Source: an uncultured delta proteobacterium
Lineage (GTDB): Bacteria; Desulfobacterota; Desulfomonilia; UBA1062
NCBI GenBank assembly: GCA_963752595.1
Contig: CAVVYZ010000016.1
Coordinates: 16,471 to 80,470 of the forward strand
Length of the DNA: 64,000 nucleotides
Direction of reading: 5' to 3'
In this document: positions 1-9,896 of the stretch, one piece after another
Position numbering within the stretch: position 1 is the stretch's first letter
Layout of the letters: every line of letters starts with the position of its first letter
Notes under the pieces: model-generated
Databases searched by the model: none
The model's input: the letters and a program-made list of their open reading frames with translations, nothing else
Told to the model about the DNA's origin: nothing
Translations under genes and position numbers: made by a program

Positions 1-207
1 CTTATTTGAGATTGTATCATTAGATAAACCTTCAATTAACATTTGAAGGACTTGTTCTTTTTTTTGTCCAAGTCTTATGCGCTCTTCCTTTAGATAAGCA
101 ATTTTTGTCTCCCGTTTCCAGTGAAAGTGGTTATAAATCAACTGTGCAATTGGTGAAATACTACCAATGAATCCACCGATGACAACTCCGATCAACGTTT
201 CTGACAT
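1..207 (-). CDS. Integron cassette ORF, hypothetical protein with N-terminal TM helix (runs off left edge)
   Basis: ATG at 207 follows an RBS-like GGAAGG and sits just after the attC core site GTTAGCC. It reads MSETLIGVVIGGFIGSISPIAQLIYNHFHWKRETK... and stays open to position 1. Not in the ORF track because it is partial. Confidence 0.7.
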   Translation of the reverse strand, partial: MSETLIGVVIGGFIGSISPIAQLIYNHFHWKRETKIAYLKEERIRLGQKKEQVLQMLIEGLSNDTISNK

Positions 208-221
208 ATAGGCACCTTCCT

Positions 222-285
222 GGCTAACGTTTGGCATCACCAGCGCGGGCGATAGCCCACGTCTGTGTGGATGCCATGGTTATAT
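222..285 (-). mobile_element. attC: Integron attC site (64 bp)
   Basis: Minus strand reads ATATAAC (inverse core) ... GTTAGCC (core). The + (bottom) strand folds TGGCATCAC against GTGGATGCCA with one extrahelical G, with an inner GGGC-GATA-GCCC stem. It lies 5 bp after the stop of 291..1004. Confidence 0.9.
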
Positions 286-290
286 GATAT

Positions 291-1004
291 TTATGTTCCT
301 TCTATTTTAACTATATGTTTGGGCTCTAGAGTCTTTCCTCTCAGATCGATAGAATAGCCATCGAATAGGTCGCCAGAGTCATCTTCAGGGTCCAGAAAAT
401 TGAAGTAGGCACGTAATACACAGAAGGGAAAGTAACCTCTCTCACAAAGGAGAGAATATGGTATAGCACAATGAATTATCAGGGGGGCCGACATGGCATG
501 GTCAACACCAACATGATAGCCAGCACAACCTAACAGGATTTCAGGGCCATGAAGGCAGAAATGATTGTCCGGCTTCTTTGCACACTTGTAACTAAGAAAG
601 AAAAAGGGTCCTGGACTTTGTTGAGATCGGTATACTAAGGTACTTTTCCCATTTGCTGTTTGGTTACTGTCAGCAGAAAGTCTCACTGTTTCTTCAGATA
701 GAGGAAGGATGCCCTTTTCGAGAAAAACCTGTTTGTCACTGTGACGCGTGCAATGATAACCCATGATCCTCATATCATTAGCAACACAACTTTGATCCCA
801 TTTATTTAAAGAATGATCTTCTGTGCAACCGAGACAATGTGATACATCAGCTATCATTTGATTGGTTATACCCCAGAATCCAGACGAAGCTGTTTTTCCA
901 GAGGTCTTCAGGTCAGCATACAAGTCTGCAGGTATGAACCAGTCTTTGGAAATCTGGTCTGTCGCGACCTCAATGGACTCTCGATCATCAATATCTATGA
1001 TCAT
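291..1004 (-). CDS. Integron cassette ORF, hypothetical protein (YHCTR motif, possibly ART-like fold)
   Basis: 237-aa ORF bounded by core GTTATAT (1013-1019) and a perfectly complementary inverse core ATATAAC (279-285), i.e. a complete cassette. Low GC. Confidence 0.8.
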   Translation of the reverse strand: MIIDIDDRESIEVATDQISKDWFIPADLYADLKTSGKTASSGFWGITNQMIADVSHCLGCTEDHSLNKWDQSCVANDMRIMGYHCTRHSDKQVFLEKGILPLSEETVRLSADSNQTANGKSTLVYRSQQSPGPFFFLSYKCAKKPDNHFCLHGPEILLGCAGYHVGVDHAMSAPLIIHCAIPYSLLCERGYFPFCVLRAYFNFLDPEDDSGDLFDGYSIDLRGKTLEPKHIVKIEGT

Positions 1005-1012
1005 CTTCCCTC

Positions 1013-1069
1013 ATATAACGTGGGCATCACCGGCGGCTGTAAGCCGTCCGGTGGATGACCTGGTTATGC
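1013..1069 (-). mobile_element. attC: Integron attC site (57 bp)
   Basis: Minus strand GCATAAC...GTTATAT. The + strand CATCACCGGCGGCT-gta-AGCCG(T)CCGGTG(G)ATG hairpin has the characteristic extrahelical G and T. Confidence 0.9.
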
Positions 1070-1075
1070 ATTTTT

Positions 1076-1968
1076 TTAAAGTAAAAACGAGTCAGACACT
1101 TCAACAATATTCAAGCTTTTAAGTAAACCAGACTTACTTTTATTTTTAAACACTCTGCAATAAATAAAGCCTTCCTGAGAATACCTAACTCTTTGTGTAT
1201 TTGCTAATAGGCTATTTGCAATTAAAGACACACTATAATCAGTTTTTGCATCACCAAAGAGTGTGAACGGAATAGGCCGACCTTCTTCGCTGATATATAT
1301 TCTTCCTTTAAATGTATTACTGTTATAACTTGAGACTCTACCAGTTATCGTTGTTGGTTTTTGGCTTGTCTCGGTATACGAAATATATTCATAGGTTGAT
1401 TCATTGAATTGGCTACCAATTATTAAATCACCACCAGGTGTATTAACGCTTAGTGATCCTTCTGTTGCAGTTTTTTGGGCATATACAGGCCTATGCATGT
1501 CTTTAATTGGTTTTAAACATTTTTCAGAGAGAGCATCTAATCTGTGTTGATATAACACAGGTATTTTTGATCCAGATTTTTTAATTTCCTCGTATTTTTC
1601 CCTAATGATTTTTCATAATCCACATGAAACCCTAAAGTTTCAGATATTACATAATCATAAGCTGAATATACCAGATGACCTAATGGAGTATTTTGGGGGG
1701 CAGTTCCAAGTTGATAAAAAGTACTTGCAGCAATAGCAAGAACTGCTGTCATTTTCCAGCTTCCTTCTTCAGAAGGAAGGGCCAAAATATTTGCCCCTCT
1801 TAGAGAAGGAGCTTGAGTTATAATTTCATCATGTAAGACAAGCTGGGTGGTTAAGGCCAAGGATCGATGTAAGCCTATTAGTGCTTGTGCTACATCATAT
1901 AGATCAATTTCGTTTTCATCAGCTTGCCCACCTGAAAACGAAAGGGTGAATTTTAATAACTCATTCAT
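1076..1968 (-). CDS. Integron cassette ORF, ~300-aa hypothetical protein split by one frameshift (~1560-1600)
   Basis: ORFs 1537..1968 and 1076..1558 overlap in different frames near A/T homopolymers. GAGGAG RBS precedes ATG 1968 and the stop lies 6 bp before attC. Strongly AT-rich. Confidence 0.75.
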
Positions 1969-2061
1969 ACCATCTCCTCTTTAACGTCTCATGATCAATC
2001 AACAAAAAGATCATTACTAGTGATTCTTAAGCTAACATTTACTATACTGCAAAATTGAAGC

Positions 2062-2085
2062 AAAAGTCGCTATATAGCGACTTTT
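2062..2085. repeat. Perfect 24-bp palindrome AAAAGTCGCTATATAGCGACTTTT (bidirectional terminator or operator)
   Basis: Exact inverted repeat at the boundary between GC-rich T6SS DNA and AT-rich cassettes. Confidence 0.7.
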
Positions 2086-2178
2086 ACGGAAATATTACAA
2101 TAACATGATATTCTTCTTATATCTACTTTTGAGTATTCGCCATGTACATTTTCCCCGCCGCTCCCATATCGCGTCATT

Positions 2179-2373
2179 TCACCCCACATTATTCAGAAAC
2201 AGCCTTTGAATCCGCAGGAAGCGGTAGCAGTAGGTGCAGGTTTCCACATAGCAGGATTCGGGGTTGCCGTGGGAATTGAACAGGCATTGGTCTTCACCGC
2301 ACTGGATGCAGCCCAGGCATTCCCGGCATTTGTCAGGGTAGTTCTCTCGATCGTCGTCAGGCTTCGCGGTCAT
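2179..2373 (-). CDS. Small Cys-rich hypothetical protein
   Basis: 64 aa with CxxC-CxxC and C-x4-CxxC clusters, co-oriented just downstream of 2415..2912. Short, so uncertain. Confidence 0.4.
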   Translation of the reverse strand: MTAKPDDDRENYPDKCRECLGCIQCGEDQCLFNSHGNPESCYVETCTYCYRFLRIQRLFLNNVG

Positions 2374-2414
2374 GGCTCGCGGTGTATCCCGGAGCTGGAG
2401 GCGACCATTCCTGA

Positions 2415-2912
2415 TCAGGACCGGCAGAAGCTGCAGTAGATGTTCTTATAACCCTTCTTCTTGATCGCGCTCTGCTCGAAGATGGATGCCAGCCTGATCT
2501 CGGATGAAAACCACCTGTTGCGAGGCGACACAATATCGCACCCGCTCGATGTGATCCATTGCTCATACTCCGCGTATGTCTCATAATCGTTCGACCCGCT
2601 GCCTGCGTATTTCTGAAGGTGGTAATTGAACACTTCCTTCTGGAGCAGCGGGTGGAATCCGCTCGCCTTCATCAGGTCGAACCGGCCCTTGTTTTTCCCT
2701 ATTATACCTTCAAGGACATCTTCGACCTGGGTCATGGTGCTCTTCCCGTGTATGGAGCAGAACCAGATCACCGGGTTGCCTACGCCCTTGGGAGGCCATG
2801 CGATCTTTTCGTCCGGCCCCGGCTTTCCGCCGTGGGCTGAAACGATGAGGTTCGTGTTGCCGGGATTGGTAAACAGATACATTGTGCCGCCGCCGAGTGA
2901 AATCTTTGCCAT
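2415..2912 (-). CDS. Hypothetical protein resembling the Stv ('putative adhesin') family; candidate T6SS effector
   Basis: Motifs LIVSAHGG, NYHLQKY, DIVSPR and C-terminal YKNIYCSFCRS. GGAG RBS. Immediately downstream of clpV. Confidence 0.65.
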   Translation of the reverse strand: MAKISLGGGTMYLFTNPGNTNLIVSAHGGKPGPDEKIAWPPKGVGNPVIWFCSIHGKSTMTQVEDVLEGIIGKNKGRFDLMKASGFHPLLQKEVFNYHLQKYAGSGSNDYETYAEYEQWITSSGCDIVSPRNRWFSSEIRLASIFEQSAIKKKGYKNIYCSFCRS

Positions 2913-3015
2913 GCCTTTCCTCCTTGCCTTCCGGAATATGTCTCACAAAAATCAAGCTGCCCAGGCCCCCTCTCCTGCTGAAGGCAGGTGGGGGCTTAAG
3001 TCGGATTATTCCGAC

Positions 3016-5667
3016 CTATTTAATTTCGAACTTGAAGCCCGCTCCGTCGAGCAGGACCTTGACCTTCTTGATCTGCTCGCCCTTTGCCATGCGTGAAAGG
3101 ATCTCGCGCGACATCTCGGGCAGCAGGGTGTTGGTCATGATGTGGTCCGCGTTGCGGGCGCCGCTGTCCACCTCGGTGCACCGGCCGGCAATGGCATCCA
3201 CGATGTCTTCGCCGTAGATTCGAGCACGCATTTGCGGTTTTCCATCATGCGTTTCTTGATGCGGTTGAGCTTGAGCCTGACGATGAGCTGCATGATCTTG
3301 TCCGTGATGGGGTAATAGGGCACCACCTTCAGACGCCCCAGGAATGCGGGTTTGAAGTGCTTGAGCAGGTCTGGCCGGAGCATCTCGGCAAGCGCTGACG
3401 GGTCGGGCCTGGTCTCCTCGTCGGCGCAGACCTTCATGATGAGGTCGGTGCCGAGGTTGGAGGTGAGGATGATGAGCGTGTTCTTGAAGTCGATCTCGCC
3501 GGCCCTCGCCGTCTTCCAGCGTGCCCTTGTCGAAGACCTGGAAGAACAGCTCCATGACATCGGGGTGGGCCTTCTCGACCTCGTCGAGGAGCACCACGCT
3601 GTAGGGCCTGCGTGCGCACCGCTTCGGTGAGCACGCCCGCCCTCGCCGTATCCCACATAGCCCGGGGGCGAGCCTTTGAGGCCGGAAACCGTGTGGGCTT
3701 CCTGGTATTCCGACATGTTGATGGTGATCACGTTCTCCTCGCCGCCGTAGAGCAGGTCGGAAAGGGCCAGCGCGGTCTCGGTCTTGCCAACGCCGCTCGG
3801 GCCGACGAACATGAAGACCGCCGTCGGTTTGGACGGGTCCTCGATGCCTGCATGGGCGGTCTGGATCATCTGGGCGACTGAGCGCAAGCGCGTGATCCTG
3901 GCCGATGATCCGCTCCCCCAGGAGGTTTTCCATGTTGAGCACGGTCTCGATCTCGTCGGCCAGCATGCGGCCCGTCGGGATGCCGGTCCAGCCCGAGATC
4001 ACCTCGGAGATGGTCTGGCTGTCCACCGCCATCTGCACCAGAGGCTCGTCGCCCTGGATCTTCTGAAATTCCTTTTCCAGGGCTTTCAGGTCTTTCTGCT
4101 TCTTTGGCAGGTCCTTGCGTCTTTGGGTCGGCGGCGTGGAGTTCGTGGATCTCTTTGCGGACCCCGATGATCTTGTCCGCCGTTTCCATTTCCGCCTGCC
4201 ACTTCTTGTTCAGATCCTCCAGGCGCTTTTCCGATCTCTTTCTTCTCGTTCTCCAGGGCCTTGACCTTGCTCTGAATGGTCGGTGCCCATGAGCGTCTCT
4301 TTTTCCAGGGCTTTAAGCTCGCTTATCGATATGGGCGATCCGCCTGGTGGCCTCTTCCACCGCAGGCGGGCTCGTGGTCAGGCCGATGGCCACCCGGGCG
4401 CAGGCGGTGTCGAGCACGCTCACCGCCTTGTCCGGAAGCTGCCGGCCCGAGATATAGCGGTGGGAGAGCCGCACCGTGTCGTCGAGCGCCTCGTCCGTGA
4501 TCATGACCTTGTGGTGGTTTTCAAGGAAAGGGGCGATGGCCCGCATCATGACCAGTGCCTTTTTCTCGTCCGGCTCTTCCACTTTGACCACCTGGAAGCG
4601 CCGGGCCAGGGCCGCATCCTTTTCAAAGTATTTCTTGTATTCGGCCCAGGTGGTGGCGGCGATGGTGCGAAGCTCGCCGCGGGCCAGGGCCGGTTTGAGC
4701 AGGTTCGCCGCATCGCCCTGGCCGGCCGCTCCGCCTGCGCCGATCAGCGTGTGGGCCTCGTCGATGAAGAGGATGATGGGCACGGGCGATGCCTTGACCT
4801 CGTTGATGACGGATTTGAGCCGGTTTTCAAACTCGCCCTTGATCCCTGCTCCTGCCTGGAGCAGGCCTAGGTCGAGCGTACCGGATCTCCACGTCCTGCA
4901 GAAGCAGGCGGCACGTCGCCCTGGGCGACCCGCAGGGCAAAGCCTTCCACCACCGCGGTCTTTCCCACGCCTGCCTCGCCGGTCAGGATGGGGTTGTTCT
5001 GCCTGCGGCGGATGAGGATATCGACCATCTGGCGGATTTCGAAATCGCGGCCCAGCACCGGGTCGATCTCGCCGTTCTTTGCCTGCTCGGTGAGGTTGAT
5101 GGTGAACTGGTCGAGGGCCTTGGTGCCTGCGGGTTTCGCCTCGCCGGGCGCGCCCGGCTCAGAACCTGCCTGCGCAGCAGCGCCGCTGTCTTCGGCCGAG
5201 CCTTTGACGATATCCATCAGGCTTTCCTGCAGGGTGTCGACCTTGATCTTCTTGAAGGCATCCGATTCGGAAGCGAGCATCCGCGCGGTCTGGTCGTCAC
5301 GGAGCAGCGCCAGGATGATATGACCCGACCGGATGACCTGCGCCTGGTAGTCGATGGATGCGAGCATCCATGCCTCCTGGATCATCTTCGGGATCTGCGG
5401 CGAGAAGACCGGCGTGCGGGCATTGCCCGTCTTGAACCCTTCGAGTGCCCGGGCCAGGTCTGCGGTCAGGCGGTCCGGATTGATCTCGAAATGCCTGAGG
5501 ATCTTGTGAAGGTCCGTATCCTGGAGGTCCATGAGCTTGAGCAGGAAGTGCTCGAGGTCCACCTCATAGTGGGTGTGCGACATGCACAGCCCCGCGGCGG
5601 ATTCCAGTGCGCCCCTGCAGGTCGTGTCGAGTTTGGCGATGAGGGTCTTCAGATTGTTTACAGCCAT
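3016..5667 (-). CDS. tssH: Type VI secretion ATPase ClpV/TssH (several frameshifts)
   Basis: Fragments carry the Clp-N region, [76 protein letters not shown] and SGARNADH. Start MAVNNL at 5667. Confidence 0.95.
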
Positions 5668-5708
5668 GACGGATGCTCCTTTCATTCAGATAATCCCCGC
5701 AGCAAGCT

Positions 5709-5759
5709 GCCGGGGCACCCCTTCTCCTCTCCCCTCGCGAGAGGATACAGGAGAGGGGG
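5709..5759. repeat. REP-like GC-rich palindrome
   Basis: CCCCTTCTCCTCTCCCCTCGCGAGAGGATACAGGAGAGGGGG; a related copy lies inside tagJ. Confidence 0.65.
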
Positions 5760-5862
5760 TATTTCAATACTGTTTCGTGCAGCGCCGAAAAAGCCAAAGC
5801 ACCGCTCTTTGTTACCATATACGGGGTAGCGCCTTGCCGACTTTTGTCCTGTAGGTGAACAA

Positions 5863-5915
5863 CCCCCCTCTCCCCAGCCCTCTCCCCCGAGGGGGAGAGG
5901 GTTGGGTGAGGGGGC
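5863..5915. repeat. REP-like palindrome of the CCCTCTCCC/GGGAGAGGG type
   Basis: CCCCCCTCTCCCCAGCCCTCTCCCCCGAGGGGGAGAGGGTTGGGTGAGGGGG, intergenic between tssG and clpV. Confidence 0.75.
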
Positions 5916-5944
5916 GAAATTGACATGGCAATAGCTCAGATGTT

Positions 5945-6989
5945 TCATGCGCTCGCTGCTTTCCCCTTCATGACGTCTCCCTCCTGGACGGCGAGGAATA
6001 CGTCCTGTGTGAGGCGGTCCTTGGGCGACGTGAGCCAGGTGGACCAGCCGAGCTGCTGTTTCTTTGCCCCAAGCTCGCACGGGGGCACGTCCTGCCTTGA
6101 GAGGATGACCCGGATGTCGAACCCATAGCCCATCCCCACCATGTACCTGACCAGTGAGAAGATCGGGCGGAGGAGGTCGCCGGTAGTGGGCAGGAAGCGC
6201 TGGAACTCGGCAAAGCTCATGGGCCCCAGGTGGATGCGGAAGAAGCTCTGGCGGTCTTTGATGCAGGAGCCGCAGATGCTGTCCACGCCCAGCCCTGAAT
6301 TTCTCGATCCGAGCTGCGTCCGGTCTTCCTCGCTCAAAGGGAGCGCCTTCTCGACGAACTGCTCCACCTTCACCTGACGTGCCCGAAAGGTACGACACGG
6401 TTGCCTCGATGGCTGCAGCGGACGGCGCCTGACGCGAGAGGAAACCGGTATAGAACGACATGGATTCCTTGGGCAGGCCGATCTTGTCGGCAAGGCCCTT
6501 TGTGCCGAGGCCATCCAGGCTCAGCAGGTAGGATGAGAGCCGGTCGTCTTCGCCGCTCGTGTAGTTTTCGGGCAGGCGGCCCTTCTTCCACGCGAGGTAG
6601 AAAAGCGAGATGAGGCGGTGGTGAAAGATGTCGAAGAACGCGGCGAGCGTATGGTCCTTCTGCCGCCCCCGATCCTCCACCAGGGAGTTGTACCACTGGG
6701 GCAGGACTCCGGACGGGCCGATGAGGCCCATGAAGGCTACCCCTACCCCGGCAGGCTTGTCCTCGCCCGGCTCCGTAAACGATGCGATATCGCTCGGGGG
6801 AAAGGTGAAGCCCGGCTTCACCGAGAAGCGCACCGGCTCGCGGGAAGGGACAAGGCTCTTGCCCAGGCGCTCCGCCTCCGGATGGAGCGCCTCCAGGAGG
6901 CTCACCATCTGGAAGAAGGAGAACTTGTAGAACTCCTTCGAGAGACGCTCTGTCAGATCAGGACCTGGTTCCCGCTTCGTGGGGGCCAT
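5945..6989 (-). CDS. tssG: T6SS baseplate TssG (frameshift ~6380)
   Basis: FSFFQMVSLLE, FMGLIGPSGVLPQWY, AFFDIFHHRLISLFY; the second frame gives FRIHLGPMSF..FLP and LGWSTWL. Confidence 0.92.
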
Positions 6990-8762
6990 TTCTTCAATGC
7001 CTCTTTCCGCTGGACGGTGCGTGCCTCCAGCCGGGTGAATGAGTTCACGGATACGTACTGGGCAAGGAACCGCTCGAGGATGGATGCGAACAGGTAGAGG
7101 CCGGAGCCCACGTACTTGTCCTCATCGAACTCGATGGAAACCTGCACCCCGCGGCAGAAGGTCTGCCCGATGCGCCTGGTGATGTGCTCGGAAGCCACCC
7201 TCGCGATCCCCGATATCTGCTGCCTGGTGGATGGGCTGTTCTCGAAGTCGTAGAGCTTGAGGATCTCCTTCAGCCCGTCCTCTCCGCCCTCGACGATGGA
7301 GAGGTAGTTGAGCGACAGATGCGAGATGAGCCGCCACTGCAATGACCCTCCCCAGTGCAGGCCTCCTGGTGGGGGTGGGCTTGATGAGCGAGTGTATCTT
7401 GGCAACCGGACCGGCGCTCTCCATGTCGAAATCCCCGGCAACGTCCCCGAAGGGAAGCCTGGCGGGCAGGTCGCGGTTCGTGCAGGAGGTGTACACGGTG
7501 ATGACCTCTGTGGAAGGGTCTGCGGGCCGAAAGTCGATGTCGGCAAACGAGAGGAAGACGTCGCTCCCGTTGTCGCCCTTCTTCTCCGAGGGCCTCCTCT
7601 GCATGTGCCAGAAGACCTTCTTTTTCTTCATGTCCGTGTCTTCGAGATGATGCCGGACAGAGTAGAACGGACGGTACTCGACCGCTTCCTGTCCTTCGCC
7701 GGTTGGGGAAGAGACGACCCGGTCGATCTGGAAGATCTCGGTGAATGCCTGCCTGCGCATATCCGGGATCACCCGGTACTCGGTCTTCTGCCTGTCGATA
7801 CGCACCGGCTCTGCGACGCGCTCGAAAATGTTGATGGCCGGGACTGCGTTGATGCAGAAGGTGTCCTTGTTGACCACAAGGTCCGATTTCGGGACCTTGT
7901 CGAGGTAGAAGGTGATGTCGAGGGTGTCTCCCAGGTCCGGCTTCTTCAGCCTGCCCAGCCCGGCCAGATCGAAGAACAGGAACTTCTCCGGGAAGCAGAA
8001 GTATTCGAACAGGAGGATGTATCCCGGGAACGAGCGCTGCGGATGAGGCAGCATGGATTCGCTGTCCCCAAATCCCACCGGCAGGATGCTCTGCTGCGGG
8101 TCGAGGACGAGCGTCTCCTGCTTTCCCTTTTTGTCCTGAACCTGGCACTCCACGTGGCAGACATTGTTGAACAGGAGCTCGTAGAGATGGAACACATGCT
8201 GGTGAGGGCCGTTGAGATAAAAACGCATCCTGTCCCAGCCGATCTCGGAGAGGCTCGCGCTGCCATAGGTCTTGAGCTTGATAGTCAGGGCCCTCACTGC
8301 GCCCTTTACCTGCTTTGCAGGGTCTTTCAGCCCTGCGGAGGCAACCTCCACCGGCCAGATCGTGAGAGGATAGGTGGTGGAGAACTGGCAGGCCGTCCCT
8401 CCCACCGGCTTGGAGAACAGGGCCGTATCCCTTGGGATGTGGTAGCCCGTGGGCGGTATGCTCTGTTTTATGGGGTCGAACTTCACGATGGACATGGAGG
8501 GGATCGGGTTCAGGTAGTGCGGATAGATGATACTCAGCAGGGATTCGGTGATCTCGGGCAGATCATCGTCGAGCTTCTTGTGGATGCGGGCGCACAGGAA
8601 GGCAAAGGCCTCGATGATCCGCTCGGTATGGGGGTCTTCGCACTTGTCGTTTTCGAGCAGGAGGCGGCCTGCGATCTTCGGATACTTTCTCGCGAACTCC
8701 GAGCCCAGTTCCCGGATGTAGGTCAGTTCCCGTTCGTAGTAGTGGAGAAGGTTGTCATCCAT
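6953..8762 (-). CDS. tssF: T6SS baseplate TssF (frameshift ~7350)
   Basis: LLHYYERELTYIRE..FARKYPKIA, EDPHTERIIEAFAFL, EYFCFPEKFLFFD, WRLISHLSLNYLS, FLAQYVSVNSFT. Confidence 0.95.
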
Positions 8763-8777
8763 GGGTGGCTCCTCGTT

Positions 8778-9263
8778 CTATTTCGAAATGACGTACTCGC
8801 CCCGGTTCACGTCGAAGTAGGTGTCAAAGGTCACGGGCTCGGTATCGGATTCCAGAACGAGCAGCCCGTTGATGCGGAAATGGACGTTTCCGCCCCTGTC
8901 CTCATCCAATTCGATCTGTACGGTTACGCTGTGCAGCCTGGGTTCAAAGAGCTCGATGGTCTTCATGATATCGGCTTTCAGCTGCTTTTGTGTTGCCGGG
9001 CTCCTGGGGTTTTTCGACGTGAAGTCCTTGACCCCGTATACGAACAGAGACTTGCCCAGCTCCTGATATTCGGGCTCGATATCGACGATGTGGCGCCTGG
9101 TGTTGAGCAGGTTCTCCAGGTCTCTGACCACCGAGGCCCTGACCTGCCTGATGGATGCCAGGCGATACTGGACAGGCTCGTACGAGTTCTGAGGCTCCTC
9201 GTCGATGAGCCTGTCCAGCACCGATGCCTGGGTGATCTGCTGGTGCTCCTCCTGGTCTCTCAT
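8778..9263 (-). CDS. tssE: T6SS baseplate TssE (gp25-like)
   Basis: SVLDRLID, SVVRDLENLLNTR, FEPRL. Confidence 0.93.
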   Translation of the reverse strand: MRDQEEHQQITQASVLDRLIDEEPQNSYEPVQYRLASIRQVRASVVRDLENLLNTRRHIVDIEPEYQELGKSLFVYGVKDFTSKNPRSPATQKQLKADIMKTIELFEPRLHSVTVQIELDEDRGGNVHFRINGLLVLESDTEPVTFDTYFDVNRGEYVISK

Positions 9264-9279
9264 CCCTTAGAGATAAGGA

Positions 9280-9778
9280 TCAGCTGCCTTTGTTGGCTTT
9301 GAGATCCCAGTTCGAAGCGATGTTCCCTTTGGGCTTGCCGGTGCCGTGGTCGGTCTCGGTGTAGGTCCACTCGATCTTACCATAGTTGAATCCCACTTCC
9401 TCCAGGGGCAGGGTCTCGCCGCCGCTGGCGCTCCCGCCGGGGCTTACCACGCTGACGATGACATCGGAGAGTTTGTATTCCATATACTTCTGCTTGTCGC
9501 CGGTGGCGCGGCACAGTTCGATGATAACGCTCTTGATGTGGCCGCCGTTGCAGCAGGACAGGTTCAGCTTCGGGGATGCCTTATCCAGCGTTTTTACGAT
9601 GGAAAAATCCCTGTGGTTGACACCGCTCTGCGGTCGCGGCGCCGCCGCTGCTCCTGGAACCGGTTGCAGCCTGAGACAACCCGTGAGAGAAAGACAGGAT
9701 CTCGATCCAGTCCTTGTGCTTATCGTCCGTACTCTCTCCAGGTATCCCGTCAATCTTCAAAAAAGCATCAAATGCCAT
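9280..9778 (-). CDS. hcp: T6SS tube protein Hcp (frameshift ~9640)
   Basis: MAFDAFLKIDGIPGESTDDKHKDWIEILSFSHG joined to DFSIVKTLDKASPKL..YKLSDVIVS..WDLKANK. Confidence 0.95.
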
Positions 9779-9837
9779 GGTAGTATTCCCTCCTTAATCT
9801 CCATTTTCTTTTGTTTATAAATCCACGATTCATATAT

Positions 9838-9877
9838 CCCTTCGGAGCGGCAACCTTTATGCCGCCGCTCCGAAGGG
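9838..9877. terminator. Stem-loop between tssC and hcp
   Basis: CCCTTCGGAGCGGC...GCCGCTCCGAAGGG inverted repeat with only a weak U tract; could be a terminator or an mRNA stabiliser. Confidence 0.5.
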
Positions 9878-9896
9878 TTTAAGCCCTTAATGAGTA

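Noticed and set aside
1979-2036. Third attC or a defined attI upstream of the first cassette
   Set aside because: GTT cores and a short ATGATC/GATCAT repeat exist, but there is no properly placed inverse core or extrahelical pattern; left as unresolved.
5682-5945. C-terminal extension of TssG (PSPNPLPLGGEGWGEG) in the ORF track
   Set aside because: It is an out-of-frame read-through into intergenic REP-like palindromes; the true TssG stop is at 5945.
7308-9302. Long + strand ORFs (664 aa here; also 18423..20447 and 21808..23022) and minus-strand 57698..59323
   Set aside because: They are antisense shadows of GC-rich real genes and carry no recognisable motifs.
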